Under the pieces are notes generated by a model. It had not been told where the DNA came from and made no database searches. It saw only the letters and a list, made by a program, of their open reading frames with translations. Made by a program: the position numbers and the translations under genes. Below are positions 7,025 through 15,358 of a stretch of 26,349 bases of DNA, in pieces (position 1 is the stretch's first letter; every line of letters begins with the position of its first letter). Source of the stretch: a virus (Duplodnaviria; Caudoviricetes); the IMG/VR virus record IMGVR_UViG_3300030376_000708, positions 1-26,349 of that record. One strand, given 5' to 3'.

Positions 7025-7185
7025 TAACTTCCTGGAAATAAATTCTTTTTAACTAATTCAACTGCCTTATCATCAATGGTGTTATCTGTGGATTCGGCAT
7101 AAGCCTCTAATAATTGAATAACTAATTCCTTTACAGCAGAAGAGCTGAGGAACGCCATGAGGACGGGTTTGATAAGTACGATCAT
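7024..7185 (-). CDS. small amphipathic protein (53 aa, MIVLIKPVLMAFLSSSAVKELV...TDNTIDDKAV...LFPGS), not in ORF track
   Basis: Hand-translated; TAATG overlap with terS; alternative in-frame ATG at 7194. Confidence 0.8.
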   Translation of the reverse strand: MIVLIKPVLMAFLSSSAVKELVIQLLEAYAESTDNTIDDKAVELVKKNLFPGS

Positions 7186-7187
7186 TT

Positions 7188-7880
7188 TTAACATTTAGGT
7201 TTTGTTTGTTTCCAAGGTTGATACCAAGGTTTTGCTGGAGTCTTACATTGCAAAACTTCTTTCTCTGCTTTCTTCCAGGATGCAATCGCTATTACATCAC
7301 TACACATGTTGTAAGTACGACTACCTGGAATTAGCATGAAGCCCTTTTGCTGTAGCTCTGCACATTTCAAGACTCTGACTAATTCGTAGTCAAGTCTCAT
7401 TTTTTCTTCTTGCCTTGCGGCCATGCTTTTACATCTACGTAGACCTTCACGATCTAATGGGATCATGAAGTTTATCTGTCCTCCCCAGTTCTCAGCCATG
7501 GTGTAGCTGGATGGATACATACCATTCTCATCTATATCCCAAGGCTTAGTATGGTTTCCCATGTAGAACGGAGAGAACGTCATCGTTGCTCCATTACACG
7601 AGATGTTAGGCCCGTAGTGCTGTCTCGACGGCGCACCATTGTTCTGGAATTGCACCGCGCTATTCGTAACATTTCCTGTTGCAGCAGCTACTGGCGATGA
7701 GACGTTATTGGTCTCTGGTTCAGTAGCCTTTACTGGTCCTACTGAGAGAAGACCGACAAGGAGACCGTAGTAGATGTAGTGTCGATTTCTCTTTCTATTT
7801 CTGTTATTGACAGTACCTGACTGGCTGCTCTTGTTACTACTTCTAAAGTAAAGTCGCTTCCAGCAGTTGTTAAGTTCCAT
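7188..7880 (-). CDS. putative secreted/membrane-anchored Cys-containing protein; start uncertain
   Basis: Basic stretch plus hydrophobic YYGLLVGLLSVGPVKA, then a globular domain; nearest ATG is 7880 but the frame is open to at least 8219. Confidence 0.7.
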   Translation of the reverse strand: MELNNCWKRLYFRSSNKSSQSGTVNNRNRKRNRHYIYYGLLVGLLSVGPVKATEPETNNVSSPVAAATGNVTNSAVQFQNNGAPSRQHYGPNISCNGATMTFSPFYMGNHTKPWDIDENGMYPSSYTMAENWGGQINFMIPLDREGLRRCKSMAARQEEKMRLDYELVRVLKCAELQQKGFMLIPGSRTYNMCSDVIAIASWKKAEKEVLQCKTPAKPWYQPWKQTKPKC

Positions 7881-8110
7881 ACCGAATCTGAATCGGTTAT
7901 ACCGCCTGATGAAGCGGAAGAGTGAGTCAGGTTGTCGCCTGACCATTTTTGTAATGCAGACCCATAAGTGGTCGTCGTTATTTCCTCGACGATTTCTTGA
8001 GTCGTTGTCGTTGTACTGTTCATAGACCCTTGGGTGAAATTCGGGGTCACTAATTCTGCTCTCGCTACCGAGGGGGATAACAGTGCTAAGAGTATTAGCC
8101 ATTTCTTCAT
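7739..8110 (-). CDS. secreted Thr/Ser-rich protein (123 aa)
   Basis: Classic signal peptide MKKWLILLALLSPSVARA; ATGA overlap with the upstream frame. Confidence 0.85.
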   Translation of the reverse strand: MKKWLILLALLSPSVARAELVTPNFTQGSMNSTTTTTQEIVEEITTTTYGSALQKWSGDNLTHSSASSGGITDSDSVWNLTTAGSDFTLEVVTRAASQVLSITEIEREIDTTSTTVSLSVFSQ

Positions 8111-8423
8111 GTTTCTTTTTTCTTAGCCATTGGACAATCAACAGTCTTACCGTTGCCTTTGTTGCCGTTATTCGTCTGTAAGCCAAAACTATAAAGTGCA
8201 GACCCAAACAAACTTGCAACGAAGGTTATATCTGTGTTTTGGGTCTTTTTAATCATCGGTATTTCGATGTAGTTAAGAGTTATGATCAAATAAAGCCCGA
8301 CCAAACCACTACCCCAAGACGTACAAAAGTACCGAGCACCTGAATATGCTGCTCAGTATCTTCTATACCATCTTTTAATTTGGTAAAGAGGTTTGTTTTC
8401 GGGCTTCTCTCTTTTTCTTCCAT
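8107..8423 (-). pseudogene. two-TM membrane protein split by a frameshift near 8286-8295 (holin-like candidate)
   Basis: 8423-8286 reads MEEKERSP...LGTFVRLGVVVWSGFI-stop; the -1 frame continues IITLNYIEIP...ITFVASLFGSALYSFGL... Confidence 0.65.
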
Positions 8424-8776
8424 GCGTTGACTTTACTTTGGAGCTGTTTTTGAACTTTCTTTTTGATCGGTTCGAATAAAGACTGAGTAACTGTAGTTGT
8501 AGCTACTGCCACTACGGCTGTAGTGACTGCTGTAACAACAACTGCTGTCTCAGGTATTGGCATTTGTATATCCAATACAGGTATTTTGATGTTGGGTGGC
8601 TCAGGTTGCTCTGATGTTTCTGCTGGCTCTACTTCCTCTGGAGCCTCTAAGTCGCTAGGTGGTATAACCATTGGTTTATAGAATGGTATCCGAGCTGTAG
8701 GAGGTTTAAACTCTATATTCATTACTGGCAACTCTCTAGGGAGTTCCAGCTTTACCGAGGGGGTTTCCATAAGCAC
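8375..8776 (-). CDS. Pro/Glu-rich protein with a hydrophobic segment and basic tail
   Basis: AVVVTAVTTAVVAVAT segment followed by a Lys-rich C-terminus. Confidence 0.8.
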   Translation of the reverse strand: MLMETPSVKLELPRELPVMNIEFKPPTARIPFYKPMVIPPSDLEAPEEVEPAETSEQPEPPNIKIPVLDIQMPIPETAVVVTAVTTAVVAVATTTVTQSLFEPIKKKVQKQLQSKVNAWKKKREARKQTSLPN

Positions 8777-9170
8777 CTGACTTATATTGTTTCTGTAGCC
8801 AATCAGCTATTTCATCTGATTCAACTATATAATCTTTAATAACATCATAAGGCAAGCAGAAGTAGATTCCTTTCTTATAACCTTTATCTACTTGACTCAT
8901 CATCCGATGTAGACCATCAACTAAGGTATAATATAGTTTATTTTCATATTCCACTTCAATAGCTATTCCTGGGTAGCGGATGTCTGCAAACATGTATTTC
9001 TCACCTTTACTTATAACACCATTAGTTCTAACCCATCTTTTACTATTGAATACATCAAAGTTTAATTCTTTTAAATAGTCAGCCCTGCAAAGGTTAAAGA
9101 AGTCTGGGGGGAGTTTATACTTAATATCTAAGACTTCTATATAACCTGACGTTACAGGGCATATTACCAT
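8736..9170 (-). CDS. ParB/sulfiredoxin-like N-terminal domain protein
   Basis: ADIRYPGI...YTLVDGLHRM motif; no C-terminal HTH apparent. Confidence 0.6.
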   Translation of the reverse strand: MVICPVTSGYIEVLDIKYKLPPDFFNLCRADYLKELNFDVFNSKRWVRTNGVISKGEKYMFADIRYPGIAIEVEYENKLYYTLVDGLHRMMSQVDKGYKKGIYFCLPYDVIKDYIVESDEIADWLQKQYKSGAYGNPLGKAGTP

Positions 9171-9331
9171 TTACCTACAGGGCAAACTGCCCATCTCAGC
9201 CTTGTTTTTGCATCTAAAAAGCAACCACATTGATCACATCTTCTAGTACGTGGTAAATAGTGTTCACAGTTTTGACATAGATCCATTCTCCCCTTTGCCG
9301 TTTGCGGCTTATTCTTTAAGCTTGAGTTCAT
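9164..9331 (-). CDS. small six-Cys protein (DUF6171-like, 55 aa), not in ORF track
   Basis: RMDLCQNCEHY...RCDQCGCFLDAKTRLRWAVCPVGKW; overlaps both neighbours; alternative start 9286. Confidence 0.8.
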   Translation of the reverse strand: MNSSLKNKPQTAKGRMDLCQNCEHYLPRTRRCDQCGCFLDAKTRLRWAVCPVGKW

Positions 9332-9746
9332 CTAACCATTCCTCTTCTGTGAAAGGTTTCATGTCTTTTGGATACCTTTCTTTAATAGCTTTGATTTGAT
9401 CGTCAACTGCTTTCTGTTTAGAGTCATCACCTTGTCTTGACCAGTAAAGAGCATCAAGTTGGGTACCTAATTGTGGATAACTATCCTCCCTAGCTCGTCT
9501 ATAATCAACTGTTGTGGATTCTATTGGTACAGCATTCTTGTTGATATAGTCACTTAGATCTTCCTCTTTATTAATTTCTATAGGGAACTTATCGTCTGCT
9601 AATAGAGTTTTTGGACCCCAATCGTGGATCATTTGGGTGACATGACCTTTATCAGAACCTTCTGGAACTGTTATAGAAGCGTGCTGACCATTAGCATATT
9701 CAACGGTCATTACACCGTCTTTAAATTCAGTTACTTTAAATTTCAT
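9309..9746 (-). CDS. tail-fibre-associated hypothetical protein
   Basis: C-terminal YRRAREDSYPQLGTQLDALYW...IKERYPK motif, recalled from genes beside marine phage tail fibres. Confidence 0.75.
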   Translation of the reverse strand: MKFKVTEFKDGVMTVEYANGQHASITVPEGSDKGHVTQMIHDWGPKTLLADDKFPIEINKEEDLSDYINKNAVPIESTTVDYRRAREDSYPQLGTQLDALYWSRQGDDSKQKAVDDQIKAIKERYPKDMKPFTEEEWLDELKLKE

Positions 9747-9758
9747 TTGTTTAATAAG

Positions 9759-10340
9759 TTAAAACCAGTTCAGATTTAAAACCAATCTTCTGGCTGGACC
9801 ATCTGTATGTGTGTAGTTACCGTGGATATAGTTGGAGGGGAATTGAACAAATCTATTTTCTTTACATTCAACTTCAAAATTAGGAAAAGCTTTGAAAACA
9901 GTAGGACCATCTGTATCAGAAAAATAAAGAATCCCAGTTTTCATATTTCCAAAACCAGCTTTCGTGACTTGATCGGACATGTTTATACCAGATTCACTGA
10001 ACTTATCCTCTTTTACTGGTCCAAAATCTGTATGGAATTCAACGAAACGATTCTCTGCTTCTTTAAAACAGCAATTTAGTTTCATTCGCCACCAGACTGG
10101 CTGGAATAGTTTTGGCGAAAGAATTGTGTTTACTGTCTCATACTTTTGAAGTAGTGGTCTATCAGGTCCATAGATAAGGGCAACGAACATACCTTGTCCG
10201 TCACCCTCCCATGCTTGCCCTGGAAAAAATTTCCAATAAGTTGTATCGGTGTTATCACATAACGAGTTCTTAAAACCTTCATAAGTTCGTTGAGGTAAGA
10301 AATTGTCAGTGACTTTAATGTTTTTTAGATTTGCTTTCAT
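9759..10340 (-). CDS. 2OG-Fe(II) oxygenase superfamily protein
   Basis: VTDNFL N-terminus, HTD (HxD), TGILY, ENRFVQFP, distal His and terminal RxVLNLN strand. Confidence 0.85.
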   Translation of the reverse strand: MKANLKNIKVTDNFLPQRTYEGFKNSLCDNTDTTYWKFFPGQAWEGDGQGMFVALIYGPDRPLLQKYETVNTILSPKLFQPVWWRMKLNCCFKEAENRFVEFHTDFGPVKEDKFSESGINMSDQVTKAGFGNMKTGILYFSDTDGPTVFKAFPNFEVECKENRFVQFPSNYIHGNYTHTDGPARRLVLNLNWF

Positions 10341-10351
10341 AGTTAGGTGAA

Positions 10352-11677
10352 TTAAGTTCTTCCAGCTACTGTTCCAGAGTTATTGAAAGTTAAGTAGCTA
10401 ACATTTTGTATGTAATATCCTCTTGTTCCTCCTCCAGAACCACCAGATCCTGAGTTACCGCCTGATCCTGAGCTACCTCCTGAACCTCCTGAACCGTTTG
10501 TATGGTTTCCGTTAGAACCTGAGTTACCAGAACTACCGCCAGAACCAGTGTTTCCAGATGAACCAGTGCTTCCACCGCCACCGTCTACACCGTAAGAGCT
10601 ACCGTTTCCGCCAGTACCTCCTGTTCCACCAGAACCCCCTTGTCCTCCAGATCCTCCAGATCCTCCGTTACCAGCGTTAGATCCGCCACCGCTTCCGCTA
10701 TTTCCGCCAGAACCGCCAGCACCACTACTACCACCAGAACCCGAAGATCCGTTCTGAGCTGATTGATTATATCCTTGTCCTCTACCGCCAGCACCGCCAG
10801 CTCCTCCTGATCCGCCAGATCCGCCAGATCCACCGCTACCACCGGAGCCTCCGCTATGGTATGACCAATCCCAGCACTGATCCCAAGAGCTAGAGGAAGT
10901 ACCGCAATCCATGTATGGAGAGTCTGAACCACCACAACCCGTACAGTTACCGCCAGCACATGAGTTGTAGTTTCCGTGGTTACTATAACAACGAGACGTA
11001 GAGTTATATGTATTTTGACAAGATCTATGTCCTGGGCATGAACTGTTGTAAGAACAGTTACAACTGGGGCTTTGACCTCCCGAAGGTCCACGTTTGTAGA
11101 AAAGTTCTCCTTGTCCACCATTACCACCTGATCCTCCTGATCCTCCAGAACCACCAGAACCTCCTGTTCCGCCTTGGCCTCCTCCGCCTCCGCCTCCGTA
11201 GAGAGCTGAACCAGATAAGTTTTGCCAAGTTATATTTCCATTCTGTAGAACTTGAACAGCAGTTCCACCGTTTCCACCGTTAGCTGAACCACCGAAACCA
11301 ACAACGGTTCCACTGTTTTCAACTACAAGTGTACCGCCCATCCCCGAAGGAATGATTAATGCTGCACTACTACCAGTTCCACCAATCGTCACACCAGAGT
11401 TGATGATAAGACGTTTAGGAACTGCTGAAGCCCAATTGCTTGAGTATGCACTTCCTACATTATAATTCTCTTGACCACTACTTATAGTTATACCTATCTC
11501 ATTTACAGCACTATAAAATGACTTTACAGTGATCTGGCCTGATTCAGAGACGTTAGTATTATTTCCTGGGACATTATCACCGTTTCTATAATACTCTTTC
11601 AGAGAATGAGGGGCAGACCCACCAAACTCTGAAACAATATCAGATAATTTAATCTGTCCGCTATCTGGACAAGCCAT
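10352..11677 (-). CDS. glycine-rich tail fibre adhesin (gp38-like) with Cys-rich insert
   Basis: SGQIKLSDI..EFGG..PHSLKEYY N-terminus, INSGVTI/ENSGTVVG strands, GGGGGGG and (GGS)n runs. Confidence 0.75.
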   Translation of the reverse strand: MACPDSGQIKLSDIVSEFGGSAPHSLKEYYRNGDNVPGNNTNVSESGQITVKSFYSAVNEIGITISSGQENYNVGSAYSSNWASAVPKRLIINSGVTIGGTGSSAALIIPSGMGGTLVVENSGTVVGFGGSANGGNGGTAVQVLQNGNITWQNLSGSALYGGGGGGGQGGTGGSGGSGGSGGSGGNGGQGELFYKRGPSGGQSPSCNCSYNSSCPGHRSCQNTYNSTSRCYSNHGNYNSCAGGNCTGCGGSDSPYMDCGTSSSSWDQCWDWSYHSGGSGGSGGSGGSGGSGGAGGAGGRGQGYNQSAQNGSSGSGGSSGAGGSGGNSGSGGGSNAGNGGSGGSGGQGGSGGTGGTGGNGSSYGVDGGGGSTGSSGNTGSGGSSGNSGSNGNHTNGSGGSGGSSGSGGNSGSGGSGGGTRGYYIQNVSYLTFNNSGTVAGRT

Positions 11678-13014
11678 TACTCACCTCCAGCTTTAAGAGC
11701 TTCCACTTCTGCTTTTAACTCTTTAATAGATTCAATAAGGATGGAAGTTAAAGCATGGTAATTAACAGTTAAATGTTTCTCATTATCACTTAATCCAGTT
11801 ACTTCTTTCACAGCTTCTGGAAGAACCTTTAAGACATCTTGAGCTATAACACCAGCACTCTTTTCTCCACTTCTAATCCAGTTAAAGGTAACACCATTTA
11901 GTTGCTCTAATTTATCTAGTGCGTTAGGTACTACTTGAATACTTTCTTTTAGCTTAGCGTCTGATGAAATAGTAGTTGATTCTGCTATGACATCTCCATC
12001 TGCATGGAAGTCTCCGTTAGCGAGGAATCTGAACTCGTTGCTACCGTTAATGGTAACATTCATTTGCGAGTTATCTACAAAATTAATATGGTCAGTGCTG
12101 TCTCGTCCTATATCTCCTGTAGTATATACGTTACTTGTATTAATTAAAGCTAGAATTTCAGCTCCTGTTTGATCGTCTTTAGAGTTAGTTTCACAAGTAT
12201 CTAACTTTGTACCGTCAGTAGCTACGTCTCTACCATCTACAGTTCCTGTAACAGTTATGTTTCCTGTTACGTCAACACCAGCACTGAAGTCTGCATTTGT
12301 AGCAAAAGTAGAACCAGTTCCACTGAAATAAACATCATGATTTCCATCGAAACCTAATTCTAATCGGCTATTACTTTCATCTACAAATATAGTACGACCA
12401 TTTGTGGAGTCATTGATAACCATAAAGTTATCACATTCAAGATGTATATCTCCACCTGCCGCTATTATCTCATTAGTATTTGAACTAGCTTCGTGAAATA
12501 TCTCTAAATTATTACCTGCACCTGTTCCAAATGATATTTTATGATCATCAGCTAAAGATATTGGGTTAGCAAGTTTTGATCCAACTATTGCTGCACTTGC
12601 GTTAATGTCTGCGTTAACAATACTAGCGTCAACAATATTGGCTGAATTAACCTGTATTCCACTAGGTAGCGTTCCAGTTGCAATCTTGCTATGTGCTATT
12701 GCAGCACTTGCATTAATATCCGCATTAACGATTGAATCGTCAACTATGTTTGCACTAGCTACTGTTACGTCTGTAGGTAAAGCTCCAGCAGCAATCTTAG
12801 TTGTTGCTATGGCATCTGTACCTAATCTTCCAGCTATGGTTGCGCTGGAAACATTTGTCATATCCTCTCTTGCTAGTGGTCTACCACCAGCTTGAGCGCC
12901 GTCATGTACGACGGCTGTGTCTTTTGTAGTATCTACTGTTACTTCACCTTCGGCACCAGTAAATGATGCGTGTTGCGTTGTAGTACCACGCCTAAGTTTT
13001 AATAATTTAGCCAT
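11677..13014 (-). CDS. secondary tail fibre with Mtd_N-like N-terminus and S74 intramolecular chaperone
   Basis: LRRGTT..H..FTGAEGEVTVDT; C-terminal SDAKLKE...GVIAQDV..VLPEAV...LIESIKELKAEVE. Confidence 0.88.
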   Translation of the reverse strand: MAKLLKLRRGTTTQHASFTGAEGEVTVDTTKDTAVVHDGAQAGGRPLAREDMTNVSSATIAGRLGTDAIATTKIAAGALPTDVTVASANIVDDSIVNADINASAAIAHSKIATGTLPSGIQVNSANIVDASIVNADINASAAIVGSKLANPISLADDHKISFGTGAGNNLEIFHEASSNTNEIIAAGGDIHLECDNFMVINDSTNGRTIFVDESNSRLELGFDGNHDVYFSGTGSTFATNADFSAGVDVTGNITVTGTVDGRDVATDGTKLDTCETNSKDDQTGAEILALINTSNVYTTGDIGRDSTDHINFVDNSQMNVTINGSNEFRFLANGDFHADGDVIAESTTISSDAKLKESIQVVPNALDKLEQLNGVTFNWIRSGEKSAGVIAQDVLKVLPEAVKEVTGLSDNEKHLTVNYHALTSILIESIKELKAEVEALKAGGE

Positions 13015-15339
13015 TTAAAGTGTTCCGAAGTCTATTTGTAAATTGTTTCCACTGACTGTCCCAACTTCAGTTAGGTTCTTATCATTACAGTCAAGATGAT
13101 TTGCTAAAGCAGGGTTAGCGTCATTAATTAATCCCGCAATACCAGGTGCTATACCAATCCATGTACTACCTGAGTAGTAGTTAAGAGTGTTAGCTGTGGA
13201 GTTGTACCATAAGTCTCCTGCACTAGGAGATCCTGGAGTTCCACTTTGTATTAAGTACTCAGCAGCATATCTATTGACATCAGCTATCGAACCCGCAACT
13301 GTGGTTACATTTGCAGATACACCAGCAACAGTATTAATGTTTGAAGCGTTGGCGTGTACGGCATTGATGTTCGTAGCATTTGATGATACAGCGTTAACGG
13401 CTGTTATTGCTGCACCAACTGTATTGACATTCGCAATATTGGTGGCAACAGTATCAATCTCGCTTGTACCTTCATTAAGGTCATCAGCAACTGTATTGAT
13501 CTTCGCAATATTCGTGGCTGTAGTATTAACATTTGCTATCGCAGCTCCAACCGTATTGATAGAGTTGTTACCAGATCCAGTGTTAACAGCGTCAGTAATA
13601 GAACCTAAGTCCTCTTGATACGTTACATATCCTGAGACACTATTAATGTTCGTAATAGTTGACTGACTAGGTGTGATAGGTGAGAATCCATCTCCGGCTG
13701 AGCCGTCATAGACCATCATCACTTGGTTAGCTGAATTATCAAACCAAAGGTCTCCAATAGTTAAGGAGCCACCGTCAGCCCTTTGTGTCGGAGCTGAGTT
13801 TGCAATCTGATATAAGTCAGCAAAGTTCTCTATATCTGTCAGGTTGCTACCACAGGCATTGATATTAGTGATGTTTGAAGCAACAACATTAACCTCAGTT
13901 GCCTTTGGTACATACCTATGGAAGGTATAAGTATTTAATGTCGTAGTCGTTTCTACGATCATTCCAAAGCTTGCTAGATAAGTAGTACTATTAGCTAAAC
14001 CATTAATGGTGACGGTTGAGTTTCCAACAGTACCATTAGCAATCGTTGCCACTCCACTTCCATTTGAGGTGAGGTTACTAGCGAGAGCTTTAATAGATAT
14101 AAGAGTTCCAGTGCCGTTATTAACGTCAGGGTTAGCGTTAGGAAAAGATGTTTCATTAGCTATAGGTACAAAACCACCAACGTCGTCTATTAGATCAACA
14201 ATCCTGGCATCAATAGCAGATGTTGTAGCTACCTTTGTGTCAGAAGCAGACCAAGTTACTCCACTAGCAATAGTCTCCGAAGAGTCTTGTCTAAGGAATA
14301 AAGCTTCAGATTCTGTCTCTGTGTAGTATCTGTTATCAAGTTGACCAGCGTTAAGTTCAGTTTCTGTGTAATATCTATTATCTAGTTGTCCAGCGTCAAG
14401 CTCTGTCTCGGTGTAGTATCTTCCGTCAACAGCTCCTCCAGTAAGCTCAGACTCTGTAAAGTATAGAGAGTTAAGCTGACCACCATCTAATTCAGATTCT
14501 GTGTAATACCTATTGTCTAGAGTTCCAGTTGTGATGTTATTAGTATCAACCTTTATGGCACTAGGTAAAGTTCCAGTAGCTAACTTACTAAAACTAATCT
14601 GAGCGCTTGCATTTATATCTGCATCGACAATAGTTCCATCAACTAGGTTTGTGGAGCTGACGGTAATATCGGTTGGTAAAGCACCTCCTCCAAGCTTGGT
14701 GAGCGCCACTGAATCGTTTGCCAGCTTGGATCCGGCAATATCTGCACCGCTATTAACGTCTGCATTAACGATATTAAGAGATAATTTACTATGATTGATA
14801 GCAGCGCTATTCGAAATATCAGCATCAACAATCGAGCCATTGACTATATTATCTGAGTTAACTTGAATGCCACTTGGTAATGTGCCTGTAGCAATCTTGC
14901 TTTGTGCAATAGCAGCACTCGCGTTTATATCAGCATTGACTATTTCTCCATCTTTGATCTTCGCACTTGTAACTGCTGAATCTCTGATGTCTTGTTCTGT
15001 GACTATTTGATTTTGTTCTTGACTTGCAAGCCTTGTTAAATCATGGATAGCATTTAAGTCAGAAGCTCTAATAGATGAACCAGCAGCAAATACTGCTGCG
15101 GCTGTATCTAAATCAGTCTCTCTATATATATGAACGTTACCCGTACCAGATGCCGAAGCAGCTCCTAGAGTGACAGTAGTGCTGACTACTTTATATTGTC
15201 CGGAACTTGGGGATGCGTTAGTTGTATAAGTTTGTGCAGCTCCATCAATTTTTACCTTGATGTCGCTGGCTTTTATGTATTCAATTGAAAACGTGTAGGA
15301 GGTGGCCCCACCGTTCTTAAACTCTTCAGTTGTCGCCAT
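13015..15339 (-). CDS. tail fibre protein (T7 gp17-like N-terminal anchor)
   Basis: YTFSIEYI..SDIKV...IYRETD...F..GSSIRASDLN anchor, internal repeats, GDLW motifs; follows gp16. Confidence 0.92.
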   Translation of the reverse strand: MATTEEFKNGGATSYTFSIEYIKASDIKVKIDGAAQTYTTNASPSSGQYKVVSTTVTLGAASASGTGNVHIYRETDLDTAAAVFAAGSSIRASDLNAIHDLTRLASQEQNQIVTEQDIRDSAVTSAKIKDGEIVNADINASAAIAQSKIATGTLPSGIQVNSDNIVNGSIVDADISNSAAINHSKLSLNIVNADVNSGADIAGSKLANDSVALTKLGGGALPTDITVSSTNLVDGTIVDADINASAQISFSKLATGTLPSAIKVDTNNITTGTLDNRYYTESELDGGQLNSLYFTESELTGGAVDGRYYTETELDAGQLDNRYYTETELNAGQLDNRYYTETESEALFLRQDSSETIASGVTWSASDTKVATTSAIDARIVDLIDDVGGFVPIANETSFPNANPDVNNGTGTLISIKALASNLTSNGSGVATIANGTVGNSTVTINGLANSTTYLASFGMIVETTTTLNTYTFHRYVPKATEVNVVASNITNINACGSNLTDIENFADLYQIANSAPTQRADGGSLTIGDLWFDNSANQVMMVYDGSAGDGFSPITPSQSTITNINSVSGYVTYQEDLGSITDAVNTGSGNNSINTVGAAIANVNTTATNIAKINTVADDLNEGTSEIDTVATNIANVNTVGAAITAVNAVSSNATNINAVHANASNINTVAGVSANVTTVAGSIADVNRYAAEYLIQSGTPGSPSAGDLWYNSTANTLNYYSGSTWIGIAPGIAGLINDANPALANHLDCNDKNLTEVGTVSGNNLQIDFGTL
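14305..14525 (-). repeat. five 15-aa (45-nt) repeats in the tail fibre
   Basis: LDNRYYTExELxxGQ consensus. Confidence 0.85.
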
Positions 15340-15358
15340 TGGTTAGTTACCACCGTGG

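Noticed and set aside
7082-7285. 67-aa ORF MHPGRKQ
   Set aside because: The region is better explained by the 53-aa ORF at 7024-7185 coupled to terS
10390-11154. Val/Leu/Asp/Glu-rich ORFs within the adhesin
   Set aside because: Shifted-frame by-product of repeated GGN/TCN codons
11677-13014. Diversity-generating retroelement suggested by the Mtd_N-like domain
   Set aside because: No reverse transcriptase or adenine-variant TR/VR pair seen in the window; Mtd_N is a general fibre module
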